A stretch of 64,000 nt of DNA from Podarcis pityusensis (taxonomy: Eukaryota): NCBI GenBank assembly GCA_964106645.2, contig OZ067040.1; one strand, written 5' to 3'. Made by a program: the position numbers and the translations under genes. Shown here one piece after another: positions 34,326 through 47,969 of this stretch (the stretch's first letter is position 1; each line of letters begins with the position of its first letter). Below the pieces are notes generated by a model. That model worked only from the letters and a program-made list of their open reading frames with translations, did not search any database and was not told the DNA's origin.

Positions 34326-37300
34326 AAACAGCATACAGAAATGCATTAGGTAAGGAAAAAACACTTTGCAAAAATGTGTATATTAGACACAACTGCACAC
34401 AAAGCTGTTGCACACCAAAACACTGCTGAATTTTCATGAGGACGTGTTTATTGTTTTTAATCACACATAGATGTGGAAATGGAATTGAATAATGAGAAAT
34501 TGAGAGAAACCGAAACTGACAGATTTGCCCATTGCTGACTAGGAGGCACACGGCTTGGAAACAGCCTAAGGATGCCATCATATACCCACTTTCCTGGGAG
34601 TAAGCTGCACTGTACTCAGTGGATTACTTCTGAGTAGGCAAGCACTGGAATGCAGCAGTACATTGTTGCACTACAGACAAGCCAGATCCATTTGTGCAAG
34701 TGCCCTTCAAAAATTCAAAATGGAATATTCCCCATCCACACAATTGACATAGCTTGAGCAGAGAAGCTTGGAGAATTGGTGCTCTTTTCATTTCCCCTGA
34801 TGAAGAGCCAAAGAACTGGCTGAGGGGAATCGTGCATTAGCATTTGGCGGTGCCCTTTGGTCCCCTTATTAACACTCTCTCAGCCCCGCCACGGAAAGGC
34901 CAGCACACCCTGCCCTGTTTTCCTTGCACTAAGCACTTCTGCAATGTTTTCTTCTCTTGCACCAGACTCTTTGGCAGTATGAGTCATTTTATACTTACAG
35001 CAATTTTCTGCTGAGAGCTTAATGAGTGCAAAAGGGCACTTTAGACTTACAAACATCATAAGGCAAAAATAAGCGCTATGTGGAAGCAAGGCAAATTAAA
35101 AACAACCAACCAACCCTCTCTCAAATAAAAATAGACAGATCACAAGGCAGAAAAGTGATGGTGGTGAGATGTACAAAAAGAGAGAGAAACAAATTCTGGA
35201 TGGCTCGCAATGATCTCTGGACTCCATTTACAGCTGCAATGTATTTTTTAAAGAATTAAGTGATATTTCTAAATGCACACTTAAGCCTTAAGGTATTTGT
35301 AATGTGCCTGAGACATAATGAAGCACATTGTTGCTTTGACCCATGCAATGTGAAATCGTTTCAATAAAAAAAAAATACATTTGCTGCTACTGGCTAGAAA
35401 ATTTCTAATGTTCTAAAACCTCTTAAGAACTCCTCAGTTTGTATTTGGATTAAGGCCCAGAAGGTAGATCTCGATCTCCTGGTAGCTTTCTGGCTGATTT
35501 GCATTAGATTGGCAAGGAGTGTTGGCTCTCACTTTTTAAAATCTGGCTTCCAGTTTGCTACCAGGCTATGTTCAATGTGCCAGTTTTGGTGTGTAGCTTG
35601 AGATGAGGATACCAGATAGATCATCTCACTCTGTATTTACCCAGCTGATCATATGAAGATAGCTCAAGGTAGCTATTGGTGTGGAAGCACAGTTCAATTC
35701 TGATACTCAAAACAAATACCTGGGCTCATTCTCTGTCTTTTGCAGCAGGCTCTTACTGGTGGATCTTGGGATTCTGTAAAATAATAATAATAATGAAGTA
35801 GTTTCCACAAGCCTGAAACCTGGCCACCCATGTGCTAGTCACTGATCACAAAAAGATCCATAAGAGAAGCTGGTTGACATTCTACCATTATAAATCTTCA
35901 ACACTGTACCTATTTTCATTCCCCTCTGGTCTCCCACTCCACCTGCCACACAGCTTCCCCCTCGATGTTATTTATGTAGGGTGTCTTTATTAAGTACGTG
36001 TGCCAAGACTAGGAGGAATTCCTGCTTCCTTTTTCTATCATACTCTGTGATTGCTTTGGGGAGACTTGTTCCATCAATAATTCTTTCCAGCTTTCTTGAT
36101 TGACCATAAGTATTGCTTATTGAAAAGTCACCCAGTGAAGGGTGGTATTGGATTTGGCCAGACTTCTGGCAGCACATATGTTATGTTTGAATTCCCAAGC
36201 AGTCTGTGAAAAACATTTTGGGGTGGTGGAGGAATCACATTTTGGGAATTGGTTTTCCATAATACCTTTTTCCAAGTCCCTGTGCATATGAGTAAAATAG
36301 TAACTCCTTATTAGGGTAGAACAAATCTTTGAAAGTCATTCATTCCTTGTATTAAATGGATTTGTATCCTAACAGATGTTAAGAAGTTAGAGCTGCTGAC
36401 ATGAGTTAATTTACAATCAGAACTATGTAAAACCAAAGCCTTGAGTATTTTGGAAAGAAAACCAGGAGGTGGCAGCATAATGCTATCTCTTTGCCTAGTT
36501 TATTTATTTATTTATAATGTTAATATTGCAAACAGCAAAAAGAAAAAGGAAATAAAAGAAAAACCGTCAGCTCACATTAGCAATAAAAAACCCCCCATCA
36601 ATTTTGGCTGAAACATATATAATAATATAAGCAGTTTTTATCTCCAAACAACGAGATTTATGATGATAAATCTGTTCAAATGTAGAAAGGGCAGTGAGAG
36701 CTTCAAACCACTGAGTCATGGGTGGTGGGCGTTTATCCTTCCAGCCTTCAAGTGTCAGTCACTTTGCAACCATAAGAGCTTGCAGGATTGATGGTGCTAG
36801 TTCCCACATCACAGCAATATATTGTCTGCGAACATCCACAGGATTTCCTCCACCACACAACACCCCCCAAGCAAAGTTAATATGAACAACAATTTCTGAC
36901 CAGGAAAAAGGCACCGCAGGACATACCCACATCAAATGCCTTAAGCGAATAATAGATTACTCGCAACAGCAAACGTGGGTGTCAACCCCTCCCTTCCCAG
37001 TATGTAGTATAGCTATATTTAGCAGTATGTAGTATAGCTATATTTAGTCTTGTTTCACAATGGGGTAAAATACCTAATCATAAACTAGTTTACTTTTGGT
37101 GATTAGAATAAAAATTCTTAAGAACTTTGTGTCATGCAAATGACCATGGCTGTCTTTCCTCTAGCTACCTAAATAACATGCCATTCACTTGTTCTCAAAG
37201 ATAGTTCTAGCATTTTCAAGTTTGCGTACATCTCTGAAACTACTTTGGCCTTTTTTTTTTTTGCAATTTGCTTTATTAAGCAAAGCAAATTTGCTTTATT

Positions 37301-37403
37301 AAGTAAAGCAAAAGAACATCTTTTTTAAAAAGTATTTTATTGCTTTTTCACATATAACAAACGTTGTATAAAATACAATAAATAGCAATAATAGTAGCTA
37401 AAC

Positions 37404-37539
37404 CAGGCATAGGCAAACTCGGCCCTCCAGATGTTTTGGGACTACAACTCCCATCATCCCTAGCTAACAGGACCAGTAGTCAGGGATGATGGGAGTTGTA
37501 GTCCCAAAACATCTGGAGGGCTGAGTTTGCCTATGCCTA
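37404..37539. mobile_element. Palindromic hAT-type MITE (136 bp)
   Basis: ~58-bp inverted arms with about 2 mismatches; perfect 8-bp TSD AGCTAAAC. Confidence 0.9.
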
Positions 37540-40267
37540 AGCTAAACCCTGAATCTTGAGGTAAAGCGGGATGCCTTGGAGATATTTAGGACTTTTCCAC
37601 AGCAAAGTGGCATCTCTGCAAGGTGGTTATGAGCTGAAGCAGTAACTCCTGAAGCATTTTGTGGCACCTTGGTGATCCACATATTAAAAAAAATAAAATG
37701 CTGCAGACAAAGTCTGCTGAAAGCAAAAAGCACTGGGTTGTATCCAAAGCATCACTAAGTCAAGGTCCCATCAGTGCAAATATTTTCATTTGTGCAATGG
37801 GACTTCTCCTGCTCTACCCCTGCTTGCCCCCTAAATCTGTTCTAGGGAGCAGATTAGGGGAGGGTGTGGGGCATGCAGGAAAGAGGAGGAGAGGTGGGAC
37901 AAATCCTGTTGTGTAAGCGGAAATCCTCGTGCTAATGGGACACATTACTGTAGTTGAATACCACCCAGGAACTATAAGCTTATCATAACACCCAGGATAG
38001 GAAGACGGGAGAAGGATGAATAAGCATCACAGCGGGGACAGGGCGCAGAGGAAAAGGTCCATTGTGATTGACAGGTCCAGCTTTTAATGGAAGGAAATTC
38101 TTTACTTCTATTCACCAGTCCCTGGGCTTTGAGTGGAAGGAGTTTTGCAAGAGGAAAACCTATGTCATTAAGCTTAGGGACAACATCATAATGTAAAGCA
38201 AGGAGAGATGGTTCTTTCATGACTGACAAGTCTAACTTGTAACTGGAGAGAATGATTTTTACTCCCTGGCAGAGTTTCTTTTCGTACTTCCTATCCCACA
38301 TCCAACTTTAAAGATGTCTAGTACAAAAGTCCTCTGGACCACTTGTCAGCAATTTGGCAGGTTTCTTGCTCCAGGGACCTCTCTCGTGCCTTCAATTTTC
38401 AGACCAATTGCCCACGAAACATTATATCCACTTTGGAGGGGCTATGATGCTTGCAAATTTAATCAACTTCTGTCAAAAGCTTGGGAAAGGTTATGGCCAT
38501 TGTTTGATTTCCCCATAGAGAATGGCAGAGGAAGAGAATCAAGTGGACTTGGACCCCTGGGTCGAATTGAGCAGCTTCTGTATTGGCTTGAGCTGAATTG
38601 CGTTATGAAGTGCCAAATTCACATCCCAACATATATATGGCACTTGTTTAAACTGAGCAATCTGATCCAGTCCTAACACCAAAGATCAGTAACGATGACA
38701 ACAATTACAATTATACAATCAAGATACTGTACATGCTGGGGCCCCCACCTCCCTGACTTGAAGGACAAGCCAACCCCAACAAAGCCTGTTTACGTTCCAT
38801 TGATTTCATTATCACGTGCTTCGCTCTCTCACCAGTTGTACTTAATGGGTCTTCCCTTTGGCTAGATTGTGTCATCTTCCTTGCTATTAATGTTCACAGT
38901 TCTAATTCAGGAGAATGATCAAGAACCCATTCTTCATGAAGAGTTATAAACCTTCTTCCAAATCAGGGTACCCACGTGTTGCGCGTTATGAGGACAACCT
39001 GACTCTTCTGCTTGAAGTGCTGTCCAGTCCAAGTCTGCTTTAAAGATAAAGCACCGTAAGAAGGGAGAGCAGAAGGGGCCTTGAAGTTGCCTGTCAACAG
39101 TGTTAGCACCAGGACTGATTACAGGCTTCCCCACTGTAGCGGGATATACTATTTCTTTAAATGATAGTAAATCTTATTTTTTAAATTATAACATACATTA
39201 GCATATTCAAGTTTTATATGAAATCAACCTTTTTCTGTCCTCTTTTCTTTTGTGAAGCATTTTTTCTATTATAATGATCTGTGTGTAGCCACCCTACTCC
39301 CAATTTTGACAAATCTGAATGACTGCTCTTTTTCATGTGGAGGAGTGCCTGTCAGCATTGCCCAGGAAGGAACTCCATACTTTCCCGGATATATCCTCCT
39401 TTTCTTGCAACTGGAAAGTCCATATTTTTCACTTCCGAAGGAGATCTATGTTTCAGTTTGTGTGCTCAAGGGCTCACTGCATGGCCTTGGCCCCAGCCGC
39501 TGTCTTTCAGCCTAGCCTATCTCACAGGATTGTTGTGAGCATTAAATGGGGAGGAGAGCCATGTATACTACAACCCTTAGCTCCTGGAAGGAGAAGGGGA
39601 GATGTAACGATAATAAATGAATAATCACTTTTTGCAGATTCCTATATCACAACCTTCCCAGAATCTGTTTACCTCTCCATCTGCTGTTGGTTTGCAAGAA
39701 CTAGGCTTGCTTTTCTGCTTTTGTCGTAGCTTGAGCCTCTGCTGCTGCTATTGAAGACGTGAGCTAGATGTTTGCTGAGGCAGGCCAAGCTGGAGGAAGC
39801 ACTGGACTGTTTGATTCCTCAGGAGGCTGAAGAGAAATTTCATGCCATCACATTATTTTTTCCTAATCAAACACTCTAACAAGATTAATCTAAATGATTC
39901 CATCAATTCCTTTTGGTGTTTTAAAACAAAGCCTAATTATAATTTCAGATTTTTGAGTCCTCAGAAATTAGATCAGATCAATATTTTCCTGCAAGTGTTT
40001 GAAAGTCTGACTCAATTTAAATTTCTACTTTTCCTGTCTGGTAATCGTTCAGCTTTGTTTACTCCTAAATGAGCAGTTTTCCTCTCTTTCTCTGCCGTAT
40101 TTCATCTGTCCCCCTCTTCTTCTGTAATTAAATATTTGTAACCAGTGCTGTGTTGTAATCCTGATAGGCAATGTGCCACAAAAGATTGCTTCAGGTAAAG
40201 AGAGATTCAGTGAAACTATGCTTTTGAGAGCTTCTATCCCTGTTTTCCAAGGATTACCCATAGTAAC

Positions 40268-40462
40268 ACAGGAGGCTGCCATATAACAAATCATACCATT
40301 GGTCCATCTTGCTTAGTATTGTCTGCTCTGACTTGCAGTGGCTCTTCAGGGTTTCAGGCAGGAGGCATTTTCAGTCCAGCCCAACCTGGAGATGCCAGGG
40401 ATTGAACCTGGGATCTTCTGCATGCAAGGCGGTTGCTCTTACAATAGGCCACAGTGCTTCCC
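40268..40462 (-). mobile_element. tRNA-derived SINE, degenerate
   Basis: Reverse strand reads TTGCATGCAGAAGATCCCAGGTTCAATCCCTGGCATCTCCAG (tRNA-like head with B-box), followed by a CR1-like tail. Confidence 0.6.
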
Positions 40463-42324
40463 TAGTAGTATACTACTATTACTACTACTATTATAGCTTC
40501 CTCTGATAGACCATGTTAATACTGAAAATATATATATGTGGCAGTAGTTATTTTACAATGCAGGCCAATTCTGAAGATGTCGAGGAGACAGATGTTTAGG
40601 AATAGCCTGCTTTAAGATGAAACTTCATGAAAAGTAGCAAGTGGAACCTCTGTGGGTCGGGGAAAAGGTTAGGCCCCATTGCCCCTGTGTTTAATAGGGA
40701 ATGTCCTATAGCAGTGAAGGGACTGATGTAGTAAAATAGCCTTATTAGCAACAGGGATCATCTGGCAACTATGAACGAGGAGAAAGAAATTGATTTTGCA
40801 CACCATAAAATTGCTCAGCTATCTGTTATTACTAAAAACGTGGTGTTTAGAGCCAATAAACTGGCCATGGTGTAGCTGGAACCAAGGAATAATCACACGT
40901 GTGAACTGCAACACAGCAGTTTCTCCTTTGCCATTTGGTTACTCAAGGTTCTGTAAGGTTCCTCCTTGTTTCAGTGGAGACTGGTCCATCAGGACTGCCC
41001 CATCAACCTCAGTCTACAGTCAGCCAGTCCTCATCTGGCCTCATACTTACAACTTGTCCAGGGGCTATCACTGAATGTCCACATTCCCCTCCTTGGTCTC
41101 AGTGCTGCCATTGTGGAACTTGGTGAGGAGGAGGATGTAGATACAATTAAAAGTGGTTGGCTTCCCTTCTCATTAGCTCTGGCTGCCTGCTTTCTGTCCC
41201 ATCAGTCCCATAGGCACCAGCCCCTGCGGCTTTCTTCTCTCCTGTATTTCACAGCAGGGCCAATGATGTTGTCTTTTGGGCACTATTTGCCAATCATTTG
41301 AAGGCCAAATAACTAAGCTTTTCTCAAAGAACCATTCACCCAAAAAAGTAAGCTGAGGAAGAGGGAGTTTACATTCACATGCATGTCTAAAGATTAAACT
41401 GCTACCTTAGGATAGTGCCATAATACTTTTATTATGACCAACCAGAATGTCACAAAATAGTGAATAAGCATTTGAGTTCATTCAGATTGGATGATAAGCA
41501 AAAGGGTTGTGGGTAGAAGGGGTAGGGAATAGGTTTGGTATTGAAACCAGGGTGTATGCAGTATTCAAAACCTTATTTTTGCAATACAGTCTAAGAATGG
41601 TGGGCCATGAAAAGATTCTGCCCTTCAGAGATTACCACTACATTGCTGAATATGAAGCATGACTTCTTAAGATCATACTGTACTTCCAGGGGAGGGGACT
41701 TAAAGTGACGCCCTCCTAAGTTACACAAACATTCTCACTGTGCAAATAAATGTGCATGTTTTGAAAGCGCCTGCAGTATTTTATTGCTCGATTAATAACA
41801 TTTTAGCCATATAAATAAAGTGGCATTTGCAACTGAACGTGAATGTGAGAATGTTGGGGGATATAACCCAACGAGGAGCTCTGCCTCCCTTCACATCTGT
41901 TCCTCTATTTGTTCAATTTGCATTTTTAAATTAATTCCATTATTCTTATGGAGCCCCAGCCTTCTCTCCTGTCCTTTCAGCATCTGTCCCCGTGACACCT
42001 TCCTTGATTCCAAACCTTGAGAAATAAAAGCAGCTCTGCGGACCAGCTGGTAGGAGAGAGCCCTGTAGCTGTCCTCTGATTCCCATGTGGCTCCCCTGAG
42101 CGATGTTCTTTTGAAATACTAACAGCATCTCTGGGCTGCTCCAGATTCTTGATTAAACTCAGCCTTTCTAGTCAACAGCTGAAAGGGACGGCATCTTTAA
42201 TAATTTCTTTAATTCCTTTTTGGCTGGGAAAGTGTAAAAATCAAAGTCCACCAAGTTTTTGTTCCCCAGAGAAAGCACAAGCTTTTTATTTTATTTTGAA
42301 ATTGCTCCATGAAAGTAGTAAGAA

Positions 42325-42328
<4 letters not shown>

Positions 42329-42373
<45 letters not shown>
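42329..42373. repeat. (CT)n microsatellite
   Basis: Directly visible. Other dinucleotide runs lie at ~15376-15398 (GT) and ~18694-18720 (GA). Confidence 0.9.
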
Positions 42374-42379
<6 letters not shown>

Positions 42380-43319
42380 AAAAAATAGGAAATCCATAAC
42401 AGCTGTCCAAGGATTAAGAAACAGCGGGAGGTGCCAGGAGTGTGCTACAGCTTGGAAAATTCATAATAATAACAATCATTATTAGGATTCCTAAAGTGTC
42501 CAAGAGTGTTCAGAGAAATTACTTGCTTTATTTAAACATTTTTCATCCCATCCTTCAGCACAAGCGCTCTCAAAACAGCTAACAAATCCAAAGGTCCTCC
42601 TCTGCCCCTTTTATCCTCACGACAGCCCTGTTGGGTAGGCCAAAATGAAAGTTGGTGAAGGGCAGGTAATAAACAAATTAACAACAACATCAATGCTCAG
42701 GGATGATGAGAGCTGGAATCCAGAAAACCTGAGGTACTGCAGGTTTCCCATAATCTCACTGTTTGCTTCTGAGAGGAGCCATTCCTGTAAGTTTAGTGGG
42801 ATGGATGTGGCACTACGTATTTGGAACAGGAGGTCTTTTTTGATACACAGGCTAAATAGAGGCACTGAACTGTTTTTAATGAATTTTTCACCTTACTTGC
42901 TCCTTCCAGTGAGCAAAGTTTTTAAACAGCTGCAGGGTTGTTGCCCTTGCCGTGACTGAAACTTACATACTCTTTCATTTGGCCCCCAACCCCCCCCCTC
43001 GAATTTACCTTTTGAGGACTGAGAAGGTCTCTTTCATGTCCCCTCATTGTTGGATCTGTAAAATGTGCAGACCCAGGTTTTGTTTGGTTTTTGAAATGTT
43101 AATTCATTACTTTCTGTTCTCTTTTCTTTGTTGGTTATTTCATGCAGCATTTGTCTGGAGGCAGCTTGGGGGTGAGTCTCAGAGTCTCTTCGCTGTGCTA
43201 ACATTTGAGAAACCAACAGAGTATTGAGCTTAATAGTGGAGATCACTTTGGTTCTGCTCACTGAGAACTCCTGAAATGGGCCCATTGGAGAGAGGTGCAG
43301 AAATCATCATAATACAATA

Positions 43320-43545
43320 CAGTGGTACCTCGGGTTAAGTACTTAATTTGTTCCGGAGATCCGTTCTTAACCTGAAACTGTTCTTAACCTGAAGCATCAC
43401 TTTAGCTAATGGGGCCTCCCGCTGCCGCTGCTCCACTGCTGTGCGATTTCTGTTCTCATCCTGAAGCAAAGTTCTTAACCCGAGGTATTATTTCTGGGTT
43501 AGTGGAGTCTGTAACCTGAAGCGTATGTAACCTGAGGTACCACTG
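43320..43545. mobile_element. Tigger/pogo-like MITE, family A
   Basis: TA TSD, CAGTGGTACCTC TIRs, shared interior. Confidence 0.88.
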
Positions 43546-44482
43546 TATTGTGAAACATCCCTGCAGCTGTTGAACAATCTCATTTGCACAAGTTGTTTAT
43601 ACCTTCTGCATTGGATGTCTTATGTTCAAAAGGCATGCCATTGCGTACTTTGAGGTATGCATCTAGGTTATTTCCACCCTTGGGTTTTTCAGAGTTTTGC
43701 CTTTCCCGTGTTGTAGGTCACTAGTGTGCCGGCCAGTACCTTCTAAGACAACTATTTAAAGTTGCAGTGATCTTCCCTTAAAAATCCACAATGCACAAGG
43801 GAGTGGGATGTACTCTACATAGTGCTAACTTAAAGTCACTCAGCAGTATACTTGCTTTTTGGTGAAATATTTTGCACTAGTGGAACACCTTTGCACAAGA
43901 GAATGCAAGTTGCTGGTAACTTTGTCACACAATCATGAGATTCTTAAGATACCCTGTGTTTTCAGATCTGAGAGGGGAAAAAATAGTGAATCTAGATAAA
44001 TTTGGTATTAGTCAGAGTCTTAAGAAGAATTCTTTGCTCACTGTGAATCAGAGGTTTGGCAACTTGGGAATCAGAGCTGGAGGAAACATAACAATGCAAA
44101 TGCTAACAAGAAAAAAGAATGTTACCAGTTTCATAGTTCAGTCCTATGCAAGGTAGTTCAGAGGTCATTGTTGACTGTGCTCAGTTTCCTTCTAGGGGTG
44201 TATGTGTGTGTAGCTTAAGGGTCTTTTCACGCAAGACTTAAATTTAACACAAGGCTTGACTTCAGTTGACCTCTAATACAATTCTAAACTCATTTCAAGG
44301 CGAGTCAAGCTCTTTCAAAACAATTCTTGTCATTTCACAACAGCCCTAAACATCTATTGAGACTGATATAAAGGAGCAATCAACAAACAGTGATGAGATT
44401 CTGTAGTGTGTTTGCTTTCAAATTTGGAGCCTATCTTTCCAGGCAAGCATGAACGGCAGAAACAACACTGACCCCCACAAAG

Positions 44483-44638
44483 CATGGGCGTAGCCAGGAT
44501 TTTTGTTGGGGGGGGCAGGACTTGGTTGGAGCGGGCATACCCAATGTGATTGGCCAGTTAGTTAAGCATTTCTATTGTTTTACTTGATTGGGGGGGTGGG
44601 GAGAGCTGCTCCCCTGCCCTCCCTGGGCTACGCCCATG
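44483..44638. mobile_element. hAT-type MITE (156 bp)
   Basis: TIR CATGGGCGTAGCC / GGCTACGCCCATG, perfect 8-bp TSD CCACAAAG. Confidence 0.9.
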
Positions 44639-46330
44639 CCACAAAGCAAATTTTGTTCGGTTGAGGTTTTTTTGGTGGGGGTGTCATTTCAACTTGCTTA
44701 AGAGGAATAGTTGTAGCCTCTTCTGCCCCAGGCTTCACACTGGAAGTTTTGGGAGCCATACGAAGTACCATATATAATGTGTGCATGCCCACCCCCCATT
44801 CTGCAACTAGAATCAAATGGCATGGACACATTTGCACATACTTTTTGGTTATACTTTATTCTGCTTCTTCCCCCTAGGAGACAGAACACAGAACTCCAAG
44901 GAAAGCAGGCGGCCTGCTCCCCAAACACTGGCATTGCTCTGTCTTTGCTTTCTACATCATTCCTGTAGGATCGCCTAAGCAGCCTTTTCAAGAGCAGGGC
45001 AGTGGTGTGGTGGCGTCTCTCACAAAAGAGACTACCTGATCTCTCCAACCACTGTTCCCCACTACTATGCAAAGTATTTTCTTTAAGCAGGAGCAGAAAG
45101 TGTAGTTTGCAACTTTAAGGTCCATATGGCCCACGTCTGAATTTGAAAGAGTTTTGTATCATCAGCTCCAGCCAGCACTACCAATTGTCCATTGTCCTGG
45201 ATGGTGAGTTGTAGCCCAACAACATTTGGAGGGCAACTGATTCCCCATCTCTGATGCAAATGTGACCTTTACACGAGGGAGGTACTGCAAGATCTCCCTT
45301 GCAGTACCTGTTGGTTAAACAAATGTATCCATTAAGTCTTGTGACTCAGCCCATCTCGATCTGGTGTGGAAGTTGGTGACAGATAAGCCCTTTCTTGATC
45401 CCTTTTGATTCAGTTAGTCATACTTGAGTAGACCCACTGATTTATATGTAACTCATTGGAAGATCACCAACTAACTAGAATGCTTGGGTTGAACTGAAAG
45501 AATCACACAAGGAGCTTATTTTGTACATGTGCTGCTCAATGACACACTACAGAATATTTCAAAGGATTGCAGGGGATTTATTGATCTTACCTTTGGTCCA
45601 GAAGTCACAAATGCAAGGTGTTTGTTAAAAACCATATCCTTAGCTCATTGGTTTCTTATGCCTGAAAGGTAGGACGACTGCTGTAGGGATCCTAAGTTGG
45701 AGACGCTTTTTGCGAAATTATTAAATGAGGAGGCACTGTCATGTTCATCAAGACTCCCAAGCTCACATGAACGTTGGGATGAGCTGAGCTGAGATTACTC
45801 CACTAGAGGCCGATTGAGCTAACTGCTCTACAGCAGCTCTTCGTTCTCTAGGATTCTAGTACAAATAGTGTCATATTGCTTCTTCCCATTTCCTAAGCCT
45901 AAGACCTTCCAATCATGTCACCAAATCTTGTAAGAATGGTGCTGTGCCTTGGGGAGAAGGGGTTGAATAGAATTGTAGAGTTGAAAGGGCTGCCAAGGGC
46001 CTTCTAGTCCAACTCCCTGCAATGCAGGAATTTCAACTAAAGCATCCATGACAGATGGCCATCCAACCTCTGCTTAAAAAGCAATGAAGGAGAGTCCACA
46101 AAAAAGAAGCAACGTTGCCCCTCCACCGGTTTACAAGACTGACAGAGACTAATTGACAGCAGGGGTGCGTATTCCTTAAGGAAAAAATAGCAGGGCAGTA
46201 GATTACACACACATAGATATTAGCACATTATTGGGGGAGTGGCTTTATGGGGCACAAAAAATCACTTGGGCAAGGACTGGATATAGCTTGCAGACTGCAG
46301 TTTAGCTACTTCTGGTTTAGTTGGTAAGTA

Positions 46331-46584
46331 CTGCTCCTGCCAACCTAGCAGTTCAAAAGCACGTCAAAAGGGCAAGTAGATAAATAGGTACCGCTCCGGC
46401 GGGAAGGTAAATGGCGCTTCCGTGCGCTGCTCTGGTTCGCCAGAAGCGGCTTAGTCATGCTGGCCACATGACCTGGAAGCTGTACGCTAGCTCCCTTGGC
46501 CAATAAAGCAAGATGAGCGCCGCAACCCCAGAGTTGTCCGTGACTGGACCTAACGGTCAGGGGTCCCTTTACCCTTTACCTTAC
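46331..46584 (+). mobile_element. Sauria SINE, 5' truncated
   Basis: Aligns by eye with 17984-18237, including the GGGGTCCCTTTACC tail. Confidence 0.9.
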
Positions 46585-46737
46585 TGCAGTAGAAATAAAT
46601 CTACAGAACCAGTTTTGGTTCATTACCTTCCATACAGCTATCCAGCATAAATTTTCCTCTTTACAGGAAATTTAACTCTTTTGGCACTTCAGTGCAAGGA
46701 AAAAAATCCACCAAAATAAGAGGCTGTATTAAAAGAC

Positions 46738-46743
46738 TTTATT
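46738..46743 (-). terminator. Candidate distal polyadenylation signal of MAN1A1
   Basis: Minus-strand AATAAA, followed by a U/GU-rich downstream element (TCTTATTTTGGTGGATTTTTT) and preceded by AU-rich UTR-like sequence with UGUA motifs. Use as the cleavage signal is inferred. Confidence 0.5.
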
Positions 46744-47833
46744 CACAATAGATTTTTTTTGTTTTGTTTTACAAATATAGTTCTTAAAAAGTAAGCATTT
46801 TGTTCTCTTATAACTTCAGAGATTTCTATAAAGGTGGAAGAAAACTAAGTGGGATATGCAGAAATAATAATTAAAAAAATACACAATATGACCACACAAG
46901 TTTACTGAATCAACAAGGTGTCACTGGGTATCATAGAGCTGTCATATAAACAAACATGGACTTTAAATTCGCATTTCTCAGGAATTAATATATATTTAAA
47001 CAACTGCAGTGAGATATGCTGAAGAGCAATGTAAATTTAGACACTGTTGAAACAGGAAGAGACACTTTAAAAAAATTAAAAATTGCCTTAAATTACATAT
47101 ACAGTGGTCAGCATTAGCTCAGTCACCCATAGTTACTCCTACTGAATGTAAACACAGTGTTATTTCCAGCTTGATTGTGTGACAATTTCTAGGAAATACT
47201 AAAAGTTAATTCTGAAGCTATTTACACCACTGTAAATAATTTCAGGACTGTAGCTACAACTTTTTAAATGGTGATCACTCTGAAGTTTTATACTTTGGTG
47301 TTTTGTGTTAACATAAATTACTGCTTTGAAGATATAAAAACATGTTTCTCTTACACTTTGCAGTTCTACAGGGAGATACAATCTTCTTGTCTACTTACAT
47401 CACTTTACAAAAAAGGTACATTATAGTGCAGCTTGTACATACAACCTGATTACTGTATGTTATAGAAACATTGTGCTCTTTCAAATAATAAGACCAATGA
47501 ACAAAAAACTACCATAATCACAACTTCCCATAAAGAGAAATATGTAACTGATCAAAACACTTGTGTCAAATACATTAGGGAAAATAAACCTGGTGAAATA
47601 ATCACTAAATTGCCTGCAAGAAGAAAATAAGAAATATCCAGTACAATTCCTGCTGCATTTATAAATTTCTATTTCCACTCTGTTTATAGTGACTGACAAA
47701 AAAAAAGTTTCACAGACGCACAGTAACCATTTCACACATTTGGCCAGGTTCCCTCAAAATGGCACCAGTGGGTTTTGATGAGGTCCACACTGGAAGATTG
47801 GCAACAAATAGGGGAGAAATCTATGCATTAGAC

Positions 47834-47969
47834 CAGGCATAGGGAGACTTGGCCCTCCAGATGTTTGGAGACCACAACTCCCACCATCCCTTGCTAACAG
47901 GACCAGTGGTCAGGGATGATGGGAGTTGTACTCCCAAAACATCTGGAAGGCCGAGTTTGCCCATGCCTG
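47834..47969. mobile_element. Palindromic hAT-type MITE, same family as 37404
   Basis: Same arms but more diverged; 8-bp TSD CATTAGAC / CATTAGGC. Older relatives are visible near 7415-7500, 12995-13105, 29095-29175, 45130-45250 and 57118-57253. Confidence 0.87.

Noticed and set aside
34021-34581. 186-aa minus-strand ORF
   Set aside because: A chance frame spanning an L2 relic and adjacent repeat-like sequence; no coherent protein.
36998-37310. 25-bp tandem duplication (CAGTATGTAGTATAGCTATATTTAG x2) and TTTGCTTTATTAAG(C/T)AAAGCAAA x2; similar short arrays at ~56860-56906 and ~59559-59595
   Set aside because: Two to four adjacent copies without unique spacers indicate slippage duplications, not CRISPR-like arrays.
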